A stretch of 64,000 nucleotides of DNA from a virus. Lineage: Duplodnaviria > Caudoviricetes. Positions 36,901 to 46,800 of this stretch are shown here, piece after piece (position 1 is the stretch's first letter; each line of letters begins with the position of its first letter). The notes beneath the pieces were generated by a model. That model did no database searches and was not told the origin of the DNA. It saw nothing but the letters and a program-made list of their open reading frames with translations. The DNA is taken from the IMG/VR virus record IMGVR_UViG_3300027734_003164, positions 96,001-160,000 of that record; one strand, written 5' to 3'. Made by a program: the position numbers and the translations under genes.

Positions 36901-39900
36901 ATAGAATTTTCCTGAAGTTGAGTTTGTACCTATTTTTAAACCTACTGTATTATACGCATCTAAAAAAGACTGATAGGTTGGTGTGTTTAAAATGGTCAAA
37001 TCTTTGTTAAAGAAAAATCGATAAACATTATTAATTACTTTAGGATACACCCCTAAAGTGACATTATCCATTGTTTGATTAACATTTGGTATTAGTGTTG
37101 TTGTACTTTGTAATTTAATTTCTACTTGAGTTGTTCCTCCAGTATATGATGGAAAAATTAATTTACTATTCGCATTAGGTGTTGTCCCTGTTGTGTCATA
37201 ACTTTTTAAATAATCAAAATCGGTCCAAATTGTATTATCTAATATGTCATTTCCAGTTTCGATGAATTTTTTGTACCTATGCCATATACTTCCATATTTT
37301 AAAACCCAAGCATATGGTAGTCGGTGAATTGATGAAAACTTGTTAAAGGTTGACGCCAAATAATCTAAATCTGTTGCTACGGAACTTGTGTCATCAAAAC
37401 TTTTAATTTTTTCTCTTGTTGTAATTAAAGGTAATGAATTTAAATATAAATAACCTAATGCTGCGTAAGGGTCTGAAACGTTTGTTTTTTGATTTTCAAC
37501 TCCTTGAACTAAAGCATTAACAAAATATGGAGTATTCAATAATGATGTTGTTTGTATCTTTGTTGCCACTTGACCACTATATTCATTCCCATAATCAAAA
37601 ATACTTTCGGTAAAATATAAGTCTTTTTCTTTTCTTGTTGAATAAAAATTACTCAAAGAAGTTTGTGAGTTTACTGGTACACTTGTATTCAAGTTTGTCA
37701 TGAAAGGTTGTGTAAAATTTTTAAACTCATACTTAGAAACAAAAACATTAATATTTTTAGTGTTTTCTGTTTCGTTTACCCTCGCTATTGTTTTTTTCTC
37801 ATCTAAATAAACATAACTTGATGTTTTATTAAAGTCGTTTATTGATGAAATGCTATCGCCACCTTGTAAATTTGTCTTTAACCAATTAACATTTGTTATT
37901 GGGTAGTTGTCTAAAAAATAAGTGTCGGTGGCCGGCGTACCGTTTATAAAATTTTTGATTGAATCGGGTAGTGGTACATTCCCGTCTATGGCAATTGATG
38001 AATTGGATAATGTGTCAATACTATAAACGTCATTATAAACATCAACATTTTGTGTTCCATCATTTAATTCTAATAAATTTTTTATGTACTCTGTGGTAAA
38101 AACTGAGTCAGAATAAAGTGTCCATCTTGTACCAGTACCATTATTTGAAATTTTTCTTAATGTTTGTAAAAAATTAACGTAGGTGAATGAAAATTCTTTT
38201 AAAATTTTAGTGAGTGCCAAATTACTTTGTACTGTTTGTTTTATATTTTCAGCTTCTAAATTTCCCAAGAAAACAGGTATTTGTTCTTGGTTATATCCAT
38301 TTCTATTTAATTTAGCATAATACGCACCTAAATAACTTCTTTCAAAAATTTCATATAAATAACTTTGTTCTTGTGTATTAACGTATGGTGTTGTTTTGAA
38401 TGGAAATTCTACCGCATTTATAGATAAAACTTTACTTAACGATGCCGGATTATTATATACGTTTGCAGATTTTGGTGTTGTTTTTTGTACTATCGCGTTA
38501 ATGTATTCCTCAGTAAACGCAACTTCAGGCCATACAACACTATCAAAACCTTTTGTAGTGTTTATTACTGAACTATCTCCAGGATATTTTATAACGTATA
38601 ACTCTGAACCATCTTTTTGTGCTTCTTTTAAAAAATATTGTGGCCAAGGATAAACCACATTTAAATCGTTAAGTTGGTTTGTACCGTTTACCAAATTTTT
38701 AGAATCTACTCCAAAATTTTTTGATGCCGGTATAATTGATTCTAACCTTATTGGGTTTGTTCTTTGATTCCATGCGCTTGTGTGGGTGTCTTCCATAAGT
38801 CTATAAAACCCATCTAATCCGGCAAATAAAACTGCCATAACGTTTCTTATAGTTGGTATAAACCCTAAAACATTTGGTCCATTTACTATTTGGTCACTTA
38901 AAAACTGAGTGAGAGACTTTTCTATTTCTGCATTTTTTTTATTTAACTCATCATTAATTTTTTGAATCTTATCTAAAAAACTATTTGCAATATAATTGTT
39001 AGAACTTCCAACTTTATCACCAAATTTGTAATATTGGGGAAAATCATTAACCACATTGTTGGTTGTTGTGTCAAGTAAAAAATTTGGATTAAGGCTTTTA
39101 AAGTCGGCAATAGATTTATTTAATTGGTTGTCTGTTGGATTAGTACCGTAATTAACAACATACGTTTCTCTAAAGTCTGCATCTGTTAATGTATTATAAT
39201 CTATCTCTTCAAAAATATCATTAATTGAAAATTTAATCGGTATTTCACCAGGTATATTTCCCTTATTAGGTAATTTATATTGTCCTCCCGTTCCAAAACT
39301 TTTGTTATTTTTTAATAAAGTAACATAGTTATTTATTGCGGTTTCAACGCGTTGTTTATATTTTGCCCTATCTGCAAATGAAATGTTTTCTTTATATGGG
39401 TAATAAATTTGTCCTTTGTATAATTTTTCTGATGTATCTAAAAAGTCAGTTATTGAATTGGCGTAGACTTCGTTTCTTAATTTATTTAAGTTTGTCTGAA
39501 AATCAGCAACATCATTCATTACTGTAAAATCTGCCTTTTTTAATGCGTCCGCTAATGCTGTAGGTAGGTTTTCTATTCTAGCAATAAATTCCTCTAAAGT
39601 TATTTCAGGAAAATCGGAGGTAATTAACCCCTTACTTTTATAAATAGAATACGCTTCTCTCATTTTTTGTAATCCGACTGATTCAACAACAGTGGTTGAA
39701 TTGTTTGTATTTATACCGTTATTTGAGGAGTTTGAAGTACTTTGAGTAACTACTGTTTCTGTTTGAAACATTTTTGGTGAGTTTCTAGCGTATCCTATTA
39801 TACTGTCGGCGAGTATCGCGCTATTTCTACTTAAAAGTTTAAGAGTAATTTTAAAATTACCACTCGATGGTTCAAAACTCGCGTTAAAATCGGTTAAACT

Positions 39901-40560
39901 TAATTGATACCTAATTGCTTTTCCATAATATCCTTTCAAGGTTAAAAAAAACGGAGGATATGGTAAGTTAAAAAAAACAGAATATAATGAATTGTCTCCT
40001 TGTTCAAATAAAGCTCGACCTCTAATATCTTCCATAGATATTTCTACGTTTGTAACATTAGCCGGTGTTACGTCAACTTTTATTTCTGTAATACCTAAAG
40101 TTTGAGTATCTTCATAGTTTAAAACTTTTTGTTTAAAAACAGTATTTCCATCTTGATTAATTTGGTATTCAGAGTTTTGATTAATTCCTTGACCTTGTCT
40201 AACACCTCTACCTGTAAATTCATCTGACCAACTCGTATCAAATGCTTTTTTACCTTTGGGTCTTAAAAAATTAAGTTTCAAATCTTCAGGAAAAGTAGAT
40301 AAGGATGCGATTTGTGAATTATAAACAGGATTATCAAAACTATCACCAATTGCTAATTTTGTTCTTGGTATAATTTGTGTTTCTAAATTCGCATAAAAAA
40401 CAAGATTTTCTTGTTGAACGTATCTATCTTTAACATTGTTGTCTGCATCAACAACTTTGTTAGGGTCAATTAAAATAATATTATCGTAGTCGGCTTCAAC
40501 TAGAATTTTATTTTCTTTGTTATATATTTGTCTGAATTTTGTTGGGTCATTAACGGCCAT
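33985..40560 (-). CDS. Giant baseplate hub protein (gp27/VgrG-hub-like N- and C-terminal parts)
   Basis: LGITEIKVD...VEISMEDIRGRALF near the N-terminus; YNVSIEMMGNAMMQPTMYF...GPYMVLSVKHNV...FSTTISG near the C-terminus; follows the LysM/gp53-like gene. Confidence 0.65.
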   Translation of the reverse strand: MAVNDPTKFRQIYNKENKILVEADYDNIILIDPNKVVDADNNVKDRYVQQENLVFYANLETQIIPRTKLAIGDSFDNPVYNSQIASLSTFPEDLKLNFLRPKGKKAFDTSWSDEFTGRGVRQGQGINQNSEYQINQDGNTVFKQKVLNYEDTQTLGITEIKVDVTPANVTNVEISMEDIRGRALFEQGDNSLYSVFFNLPYPPFFLTLKGYYGKAIRYQLSLTDFNASFEPSSGNFKITLKLLSRNSAILADSIIGYARNSPKMFQTETVVTQSTSNSSNNGINTNNSTTVVESVGLQKMREAYSIYKSKGLITSDFPEITLEEFIARIENLPTALADALKKADFTVMNDVADFQTNLNKLRNEVYANSITDFLDTSEKLYKGQIYYPYKENISFADRAKYKQRVETAINNYVTLLKNNKSFGTGGQYKLPNKGNIPGEIPIKFSINDIFEEIDYNTLTDADFRETYVVNYGTNPTDNQLNKSIADFKSLNPNFLLDTTTNNVVNDFPQYYKFGDKVGSSNNYIANSFLDKIQKINDELNKKNAEIEKSLTQFLSDQIVNGPNVLGFIPTIRNVMAVLFAGLDGFYRLMEDTHTSAWNQRTNPIRLESIIPASKNFGVDSKNLVNGTNQLNDLNVVYPWPQYFLKEAQKDGSELYVIKYPGDSSVINTTKGFDSVVWPEVAFTEEYINAIVQKTTPKSANVYNNPASLSKVLSINAVEFPFKTTPYVNTQEQSYLYEIFERSYLGAYYAKLNRNGYNQEQIPVFLGNLEAENIKQTVQSNLALTKILKEFSFTYVNFLQTLRKISNNGTGTRWTLYSDSVFTTEYIKNLLELNDGTQNVDVYNDVYSIDTLSNSSIAIDGNVPLPDSIKNFINGTPATDTYFLDNYPITNVNWLKTNLQGGDSISSINDFNKTSSYVYLDEKKTIARVNETENTKNINVFVSKYEFKNFTQPFMTNLNTSVPVNSQTSLSNFYSTRKEKDLYFTESIFDYGNEYSGQVATKIQTTSLLNTPYFVNALVQGVENQKTNVSDPYAALGYLYLNSLPLITTREKIKSFDDTSSVATDLDYLASTFNKFSSIHRLPYAWVLKYGSIWHRYKKFIETGNDILDNTIWTDFDYLKSYDTTGTTPNANSKLIFPSYTGGTTQVEIKLQSTTTLIPNVNQTMDNVTLGVYPKVINNVYRFFFNKDLTILNTPTYQSFLDAYNTVGLKIGTNSTSGKFYNFGFDLQNPNRAFVNKNYYAYFDNPESNQKFLLIPSTGGININQMNFECFDATNKIKEEVFNNKAVYNGSVRPLWGVSQFGYFKNSLIKKPAFNEYLKVVYTNNSKNLSFELKNAQSTYSNIEEIFAVFEPEILDKFENLFLNFCNPTPAVSDLILNEEQTNSNYTNPGSVRNVTEKRLFNQMESLFMVPKNSVTLLNDESQDGLLLAEKQISNFFPKVVDFLNFECVLKMGNPGNFKRRVFNYISNNPTFQPLNPLTLNPYIPGSLPGDGTVGSPTLTISIANNRDAWNALRKYVGVFNQIPFQYTNTGSVITDFFTANNGMDIEFTEANIEALFPLIRLFAKQKAEDATLNKLKFQQSINNFLLQQQNFNSENLTQTFSKLNVDLPTTTTNTTPIKNATSGDVGKLEQYSVLKTMNDKWISGTDFLNKTIFEDFLFQDKAGRDIGDEFTIDLEKIKGYLKSNDNQNYLSLISQICSQNNMVFFALPAYVNFYGIQQAVAKSTPLPVDATETLFGTFLDVDYLKATPKFLLLYTGKPSEFVASNSSFSKFASDTFDIRKSSDNPLRVPSNPEEDYSKKNRVVGFSVDYGTQNQSIFKSVSIDMSEKKNTAESNKIAAQFGASVSGDKVAQQSVSLYSIYKSRSYNVSIEMMGNAMMQPTMYFNLRHVPLFYGPYMVLSVKHNVTQTKFSTTISGPRISRYSLPQPNSLLDTVNQNYINAYKELILKEVKTTEPITNVNTQQGTVQPGALQSPENICLSATTFTTTPFVGINITPITVEDLKTLLTTNIPSAQEKLRPLYFGIAFTRINNKIDQVVCNPPNYNLYEISTSNNYTADLNALIAQQVCLTTALENDTSSRPYASFSDFVVPTQFIHAQVQSFLPIIEQLKTFSTNTTDVEKYAEAYTLFTLFWFEGRFVNPGGGVGFYVNLPTTTNDFITRKNDKVNSSFPDIQDIYNRYFVQFKNSYGIFFP

Positions 40561-40867
40561 AATAAAAAATATGTGTATCTAATGCACTTTTGTAGCCTTG
40601 TAGAGCACTTATTAATGGGAATGGTATTATTAATACCGCACCGTCAGGAATATTTGTTTCTAAACCGCCATATATTGGATTTGCTGTTAATATTAACCAA
40701 CCAAAATATGGTGTTCCATATTTTTCATAACTTATTTTATCTAATCTACTTTTATTTTTTGTGTAAATGTATCTTTGGTCTGACGCTCTGACGGGTAGAT
40801 TAACAAATGGAACTACCGTCTGTTGACCGTTAATTAAAAAATTTTGGTATCTGTTGTAGTATTGCAT
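40550..40867 (-). CDS. LysM / gp53 / P2 gpX-like baseplate protein
   Basis: SRLDKISYEKYGTPYFGWLILTANP...IPDGAVLIIP. Confidence 0.8.
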   Translation of the reverse strand: MQYYNRYQNFLINGQQTVVPFVNLPVRASDQRYIYTKNKSRLDKISYEKYGTPYFGWLILTANPIYGGLETNIPDGAVLIIPFPLISALQGYKSALDTHIFYYGR

Positions 40868-40868
40868 A

Positions 40869-43800
40869 TTAGTTGAATGAAACTTTTAAGTTATATTCAT
40901 CACCTGTAGAATTAGTTGATGCGTTTAGAGCTTTCATGTTGTCAATTTCTGTTTGAGCAGGAAATAATACTTGAGAAAAATTCAGTTTTCTTTCCTTATC
41001 TTTATTTAAATTATAACTACATGTTGAACAAAATTCTTTACTTAAAAAATTATCTTCAAAACTTTTAAATCTTGCGTCAACAAAAGCCTTTGAATCTTTA
41101 TATTTTGCGTAAGGTCCTGTTGGTATTTCTTGACCTGTATTTGTAAATCCTAAATTACCTTTAAGATAATTAAACCAGTCAGTTTTTCTTTCATTGTTTG
41201 AAATTGTATCGACGACTTCATTCAAAAATTTAGTATAGTCATCAATAATTTCTTTACTAAATATCATAAAAAATCTATTTTCTTCAGGACTTATTGCGTC
41301 TGGGTCTGAATCTATGAAGGTATTAAAATCAAACTCATCGTTATAAACTTCATCTTGAGCAGTTGGAATTAGGCTATATGTTTCTAAGTTGTTATTAAAT
41401 CCACTCATTTTAGAACCAATAATTAATAAGTCTCCTTTTAACTCATCCAAAGTATTTGCGTATGTCGTATTAGATGGGTCAACCGCAGAAGTCCCTGTCA
41501 AAGAAAAAACAATTACTTCATTTTTATCGTTAGAATATCCATCAAAAGAATTACACACATAATTTAATTGGTCTAGTAAATCAATTGTTTTAGTTTCATC
41601 AACTTGATTTTTTACAATGTTGTTAGACGCCTCAGTTATTACAGACAAGTAAGTTGTCTGACGACTATCTATCATATCTTTAAGTTTTCTTTTAATTTTT
41701 CTTGTCGATATATTTGTAAAATTTTGAAGAGGTAAACTAGCCAATATCGGACTAGTTTCATTTTCTACATCTTCTTTTGCTTTAGAAAACAACGCATCAA
41801 CTTTATCTTCATACTGACTTTTTCCAAATATTTTTACTAAGTTAGTTTGTGGTTGGTTAATGTTATTAAAATATCCCGTTTGGTATTTTCTATCTTTTGT
41901 AAAAATCAAAATTCCTCCAATCAATAACTTATCATTTATATTTTTTAGATTTTGAAAAACACTATTTGCATATTCTTTGGTTATGTCTATAAAATTTTTC
42001 ATATTTTCTTTATATGATAAAACACCTGTAAATCCACTTAATGTTGTATCATATGTAGATGATTCTTGTTTTCCGATTGTAGTTCCAATTTTGTTCTGTT
42101 GGTTCTGCTGTGGTGTTGTCAATGGGTTTATTTTCAAAGCTTCAAAATATTCTGCATCATACTGTGATGTTACATCTTCAGTTATTGTTGCTCTCTCATC
42201 ATACATTTCAGTATTTGCATAATAATTAAATGAAAGTGCATTTTGAAGTTCTCCAATTGGACCTGCTAATCCATGACCTCCTATCATTTTAAACCTTAAT
42301 GTTATGTTTGCAAACATAGGTTGTACTCCAATTCCTTCAGGATTTAAATCTAATGGTATATTACCCCCATTTTCAAACTTAATATTTAAGTCTTCAGGTA
42401 TTATTTTAGTGTGGAAAAAATCACCAATCCTTAATACCAAAACAGGAGGAGCTCCAAATGCACTGTTGAAGGCATCGTTATAATCTAAACTATATGTTCC
42501 TGCCGCATTTTGTGACACAGTTGGAATCGTATCTCCTGGTCTTACACATTGTTGTAAAAAAGTTAATCTTGAGTTTAGACCTTCAGGAGTAATAGAGTGG
42601 AAAACAGGATTAAAATACTGAAACTTACTTCTAATTGTGTCATAAATAAATGGATTTGTCTCTTTAACCATTTGAAAATAATTACACTCTGTTAGTAATC
42701 TTCTTAATATTTTTTTCGCCAAATCTTTATATTGTGGTGTTTGTTTGAAGTTGTCAATTACTTGGTTTTGTGGTGTTGGTTTTGGAGCTGTACTTTCAGC
42801 GGCTGTAGGGTTTGGAGCAGCAGCCTCTACTTGTGCGGGAGGTGTTTCTGACTTTGCGGGCGGCCCTGGTTTATATACAATTTTTTCAATTTTTACTCTT
42901 CTACACGCCATTGCTTGTACAGAATAAATTCCTTCTTCGTATTGTGATTTAAAAGGTTTGGTACAATCAATTTGTGAATATTTAGGGTCTTGAATTGCGG
43001 CACTTGACCCTGTTGCCTTTTTAATAATTTTTAATTTTCCTGAATCTATAAATGATTTTAAAGTTTTATTATTTACTGTAAACTTTTCTATAAACTTTAA
43101 AACCGAATCGTTTCTTCTTTCAGATAAATTTTGATTACCACTAGTGTTTGTTGAGCTGGCAGTCGCTAATAAGTCAAAAGTAACTTCTCCTCCTGAGTCT
43201 AAAACTTTAAATACTTCACTTAAAAACTCTTTTAAATCATTAAACTCTTGTAATATATTATCAAAAAATCCACTAAGGGTTTGTTTTCTTGTGTCAACAT
43301 ATTCGGTTAATGAAAAAGTAGGGGTTGTTGTTGTGTTAAGGGCCACTTTATTTGCGTCACTATATTTGAAAACTTTATTAAGTGGTTTTGTTGTATCATA
43401 CAATGTTTTATTTGACGCATATTCATTATACCAATATTCAAAATCTTTAGTTGTTGTTGGGCCACTTGAATCGTTAGGTTGAGCATTTTCAAAAAACAAA
43501 AATATTTCTTGAAACTTGGGGTCTGAAATTTTTGTTTCAGTTTCTGGTGGTGTTGTTTTTACAATTTCTTGTTTTACAGGTTCGGGGTCAGGTGTTTCGT
43601 TTACAATAGTTGTTGCTTGTTCAGGATATTTTATTAATTGAATTGCGGTTTGAATATCTTGTGGAGCTAAAGATGCAAATCTTTGACCCAATGTATAAAT
43701 GTCATATTTTAAACACCCAGCAAAAAATGAATCCATAACTTTTTTTAATTCTGACTCAGGTTTTATATCTTTTAATTCTTGGTCCACTAAAATGTTTGAG

Positions 43801-46800
43801 ATGGAAGGGTGGTCAACAACAATATCAAAAGATATTTGTCCAGTTCTATCAGTATTATTATATGTGTATATTGGTTCAGGTCTACCTATAAAATTTGTTG
43901 GTTCAAATTTTGGTGATGAAGATTCATCAAAACTCAAATTATATGGAGGAAACCACATAATTCTACCTCCATTGGGTCCTCTTTCACAAGCCGGTAAATC
44001 TTGTACGGTAAATCCAGGTTTGTTTGATGTTCTCCAAGCCAAATTTTCTAACGAAAGCATATATTTTTTAACCTGACCATTAATAATATTTGACGATTGT
44101 CCGTTTTTATCATTGAACGGTGTGATATTAAGGTTATATGTATTATCTAAAACTGAATAGGTATAATTTCTTATATTACCATCCGTTTTTTGTAGTTGTG
44201 AATAATTTGTAAAAGGAACATCTTTTGTAAATAATCTACAATATTCATATCCTTTTATTGTACTGTCTGTACTACCTACTGAGTTTTTTGAAGTATATCT
44301 AATAACTCGAGAACCTTTTGTCATTTCAACATATCCATCATTAAAAACTTTAGATATTTGATTTATCGCAGTACCAACGTGTTCTAATTTTTTAATTCCT
44401 GACCTGTCTGCAGAATCAACAATTTTTTGAGTTGTGTCTAAAATTGAACCGTCTCTCCATACATTGTTTTCTTCTATTTTCCAAGACTCAGTATCTTTGA
44501 ACGCCGACTCATAATTTTTTGTAAATACACTACTTTCACCAAATCTTTGTTTTCCTTCAGGACCTGCCAATTGTCCCGTTTTAAAATATGATTTTTTAGA
44601 AGACCATGTAAATCCACCCGCTAAAGGTGTCGTACCATCTATATAATTTCTAGAATTAAGTCCAAATTTATAATTTTGAAAAGATTCACCTTCAAAATAC
44701 TTTCCTATTTCACCCACTGAGTAAACAGGTGCGCCACTAGGTTCTCCGTTTTTATCTAAAGGTTGAGCATTAACTGGAGAAATTAAAGTAGAAAATATAT
44801 CATCAGAATTACCTCCACCATAAAAATTTGGTTTAGGTGCAAATAACGAAGGTCTTCTTAACGTAAGTCCTCTATAGTCGGGTCTAAAATTATTATAAAA
44901 TAATTGACCAAATAATAAACTTCTTGTTGCGTTAGATGTGTTGGCTAAAAAAAGTTCAGACCCTCTTTTGTTTTTTTGACCTGTTATTGTTCTAATTGCT
45001 CCCATAACAGTACTTGTCACAACTTCAACAGGGTTTTCAACAAGTCTATTTAACATACGTTTATTTGGGTAGTCAAAATATTCTCCAACTATAATGGAAT
45101 ACGGTGAATATAATCCTGCTATTTTAGCTGTAAAATTCAACGCTCTTCCAACTAATGATTCAGGTGATGTAATTGTATAATTTCTAGCTAATAACGGAAT
45201 ATTTCCTGATATTATTCCTGCTGCGTCAAATGGGTTAAGGTTTGGTTTTACTGATATTTCACCACTATCGGGGTCAACCGATGAGTCAAGAGCATTAACT
45301 CTACCTAAAGTTTGAGACAACAACTCACTTGCAATTCTATACTTATATTCTTTTTTTAATTGTCTTGCACCAATTCCCGCTAATGCGGAATCCTGTGACA
45401 AAGTACCATCAGAACCTCTTGGGTTGTCGCTTAATAATATATTAATAGGTCTATAGGTCGAAGGTATAAAATTTAAAGGTGTTAATGAATATGCATATGC
45501 ACTTCCATAACTTGTTGGTATAATTTCATCAATTGTTATTACATCATAGTCCCCATCGCCTGTTACATATTTATTTCTAACATATGCCTCTTGTTCTTTT
45601 TGAAATCCAATAACTTCTAATCCACTACCTTTAGTATCGGGAAAACCATATTCACCTTCATTTGACAATTTACCCAAATTTTTATTTATATCAACTGAAT
45701 CTGTTGGTTGATTTTCAGGGTTATATTGATTTACACTAAATAAAAAAGGTCTTTCATTTTCACCTTTAATTTCTAATTCACTGTCTAGTGTATCAGGAAA
45801 ACCATAGTTACCTTCGTTAGAGTTTGTTTGTAAATTTAAATTTGGAACTACGGTAGATTGTGATTGTCCTTGTTCTGGCCCATATTGATTTATAGCAAAT
45901 AATATGGGTCTATCGGTTTCACCTTTAATTTCTAACTGACTATTTTCTGTATCAGGAAAACCATATTCACCTTCATTAGGGTTTGATTGCAAATTTTGAT
46001 TAATCTCTACCGTTGTGTTTGGTAAATTTTGAGGACCATATTGATTTATAGCGAATAATATGGGCCTATCGGTTTCACCTTTAATTTCTAATTCGCTATT
46101 TTCCGTATCAGGAAATCCATATTCCCCTTCATTAGGGTTTGTTTGGTTGTTAGTGAATGGAAAAATAATTTGATTATTTACGGTTTGGGGTCCGTACTGA
46201 TTTATAGGATAAAGAATATTTCTAAGTTGAATCCCCGTGGTAAATAAATCACTCCCTATCGCGTCATCGTATGAGTACTCGCCTTCATTTGCACCCAAAG
46301 ATAATATATTATTAATTGTATATCTTGTTGTTCCATACCCCGGAGCAGACTCATTAGGGGCGTATTTATTTAAAACTCTTAAAATAACTTCCCTATCATT
46401 ACCGTTTGTTTCTAATCTATTATTTACGGTGTCAGAAATATTGTATTCTCCCGACCCTATAGTTTGAATTACTTGATTATTTTGAATTTGATAAACAGGT
46501 TGGCCAAAACCACGGTTAAGTGTATTTTTATAAACATTTAAAACTTTTAAGATAATTTCTTGTTGGTTTCCAATACTATTTAGATAACTATTAAATGTGT
46601 CTGATATTGAATATTCACCATTACCTCTTGTAATTAAAGGTATTAAATTATTTATACTATAAACTGGAAACCCAAAATCGTTTCCATTATTTTTGTATGC
46701 ATTTTTAACTTTAGATAAAATCTCTTGTTGGTTTCCAATGCTATTTAAAAAACTATTTATCGTGTCAGAGATACTATACTCACCTTCTCCTCTTGATAGA

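Noticed and set aside
45880-46141. Near-identical 106-nt pair as a DGR template/variable repeat
   Set aside because: The differences are not adenine-specific, both copies are in-frame units of one protein, and there is no reverse transcriptase in the window.
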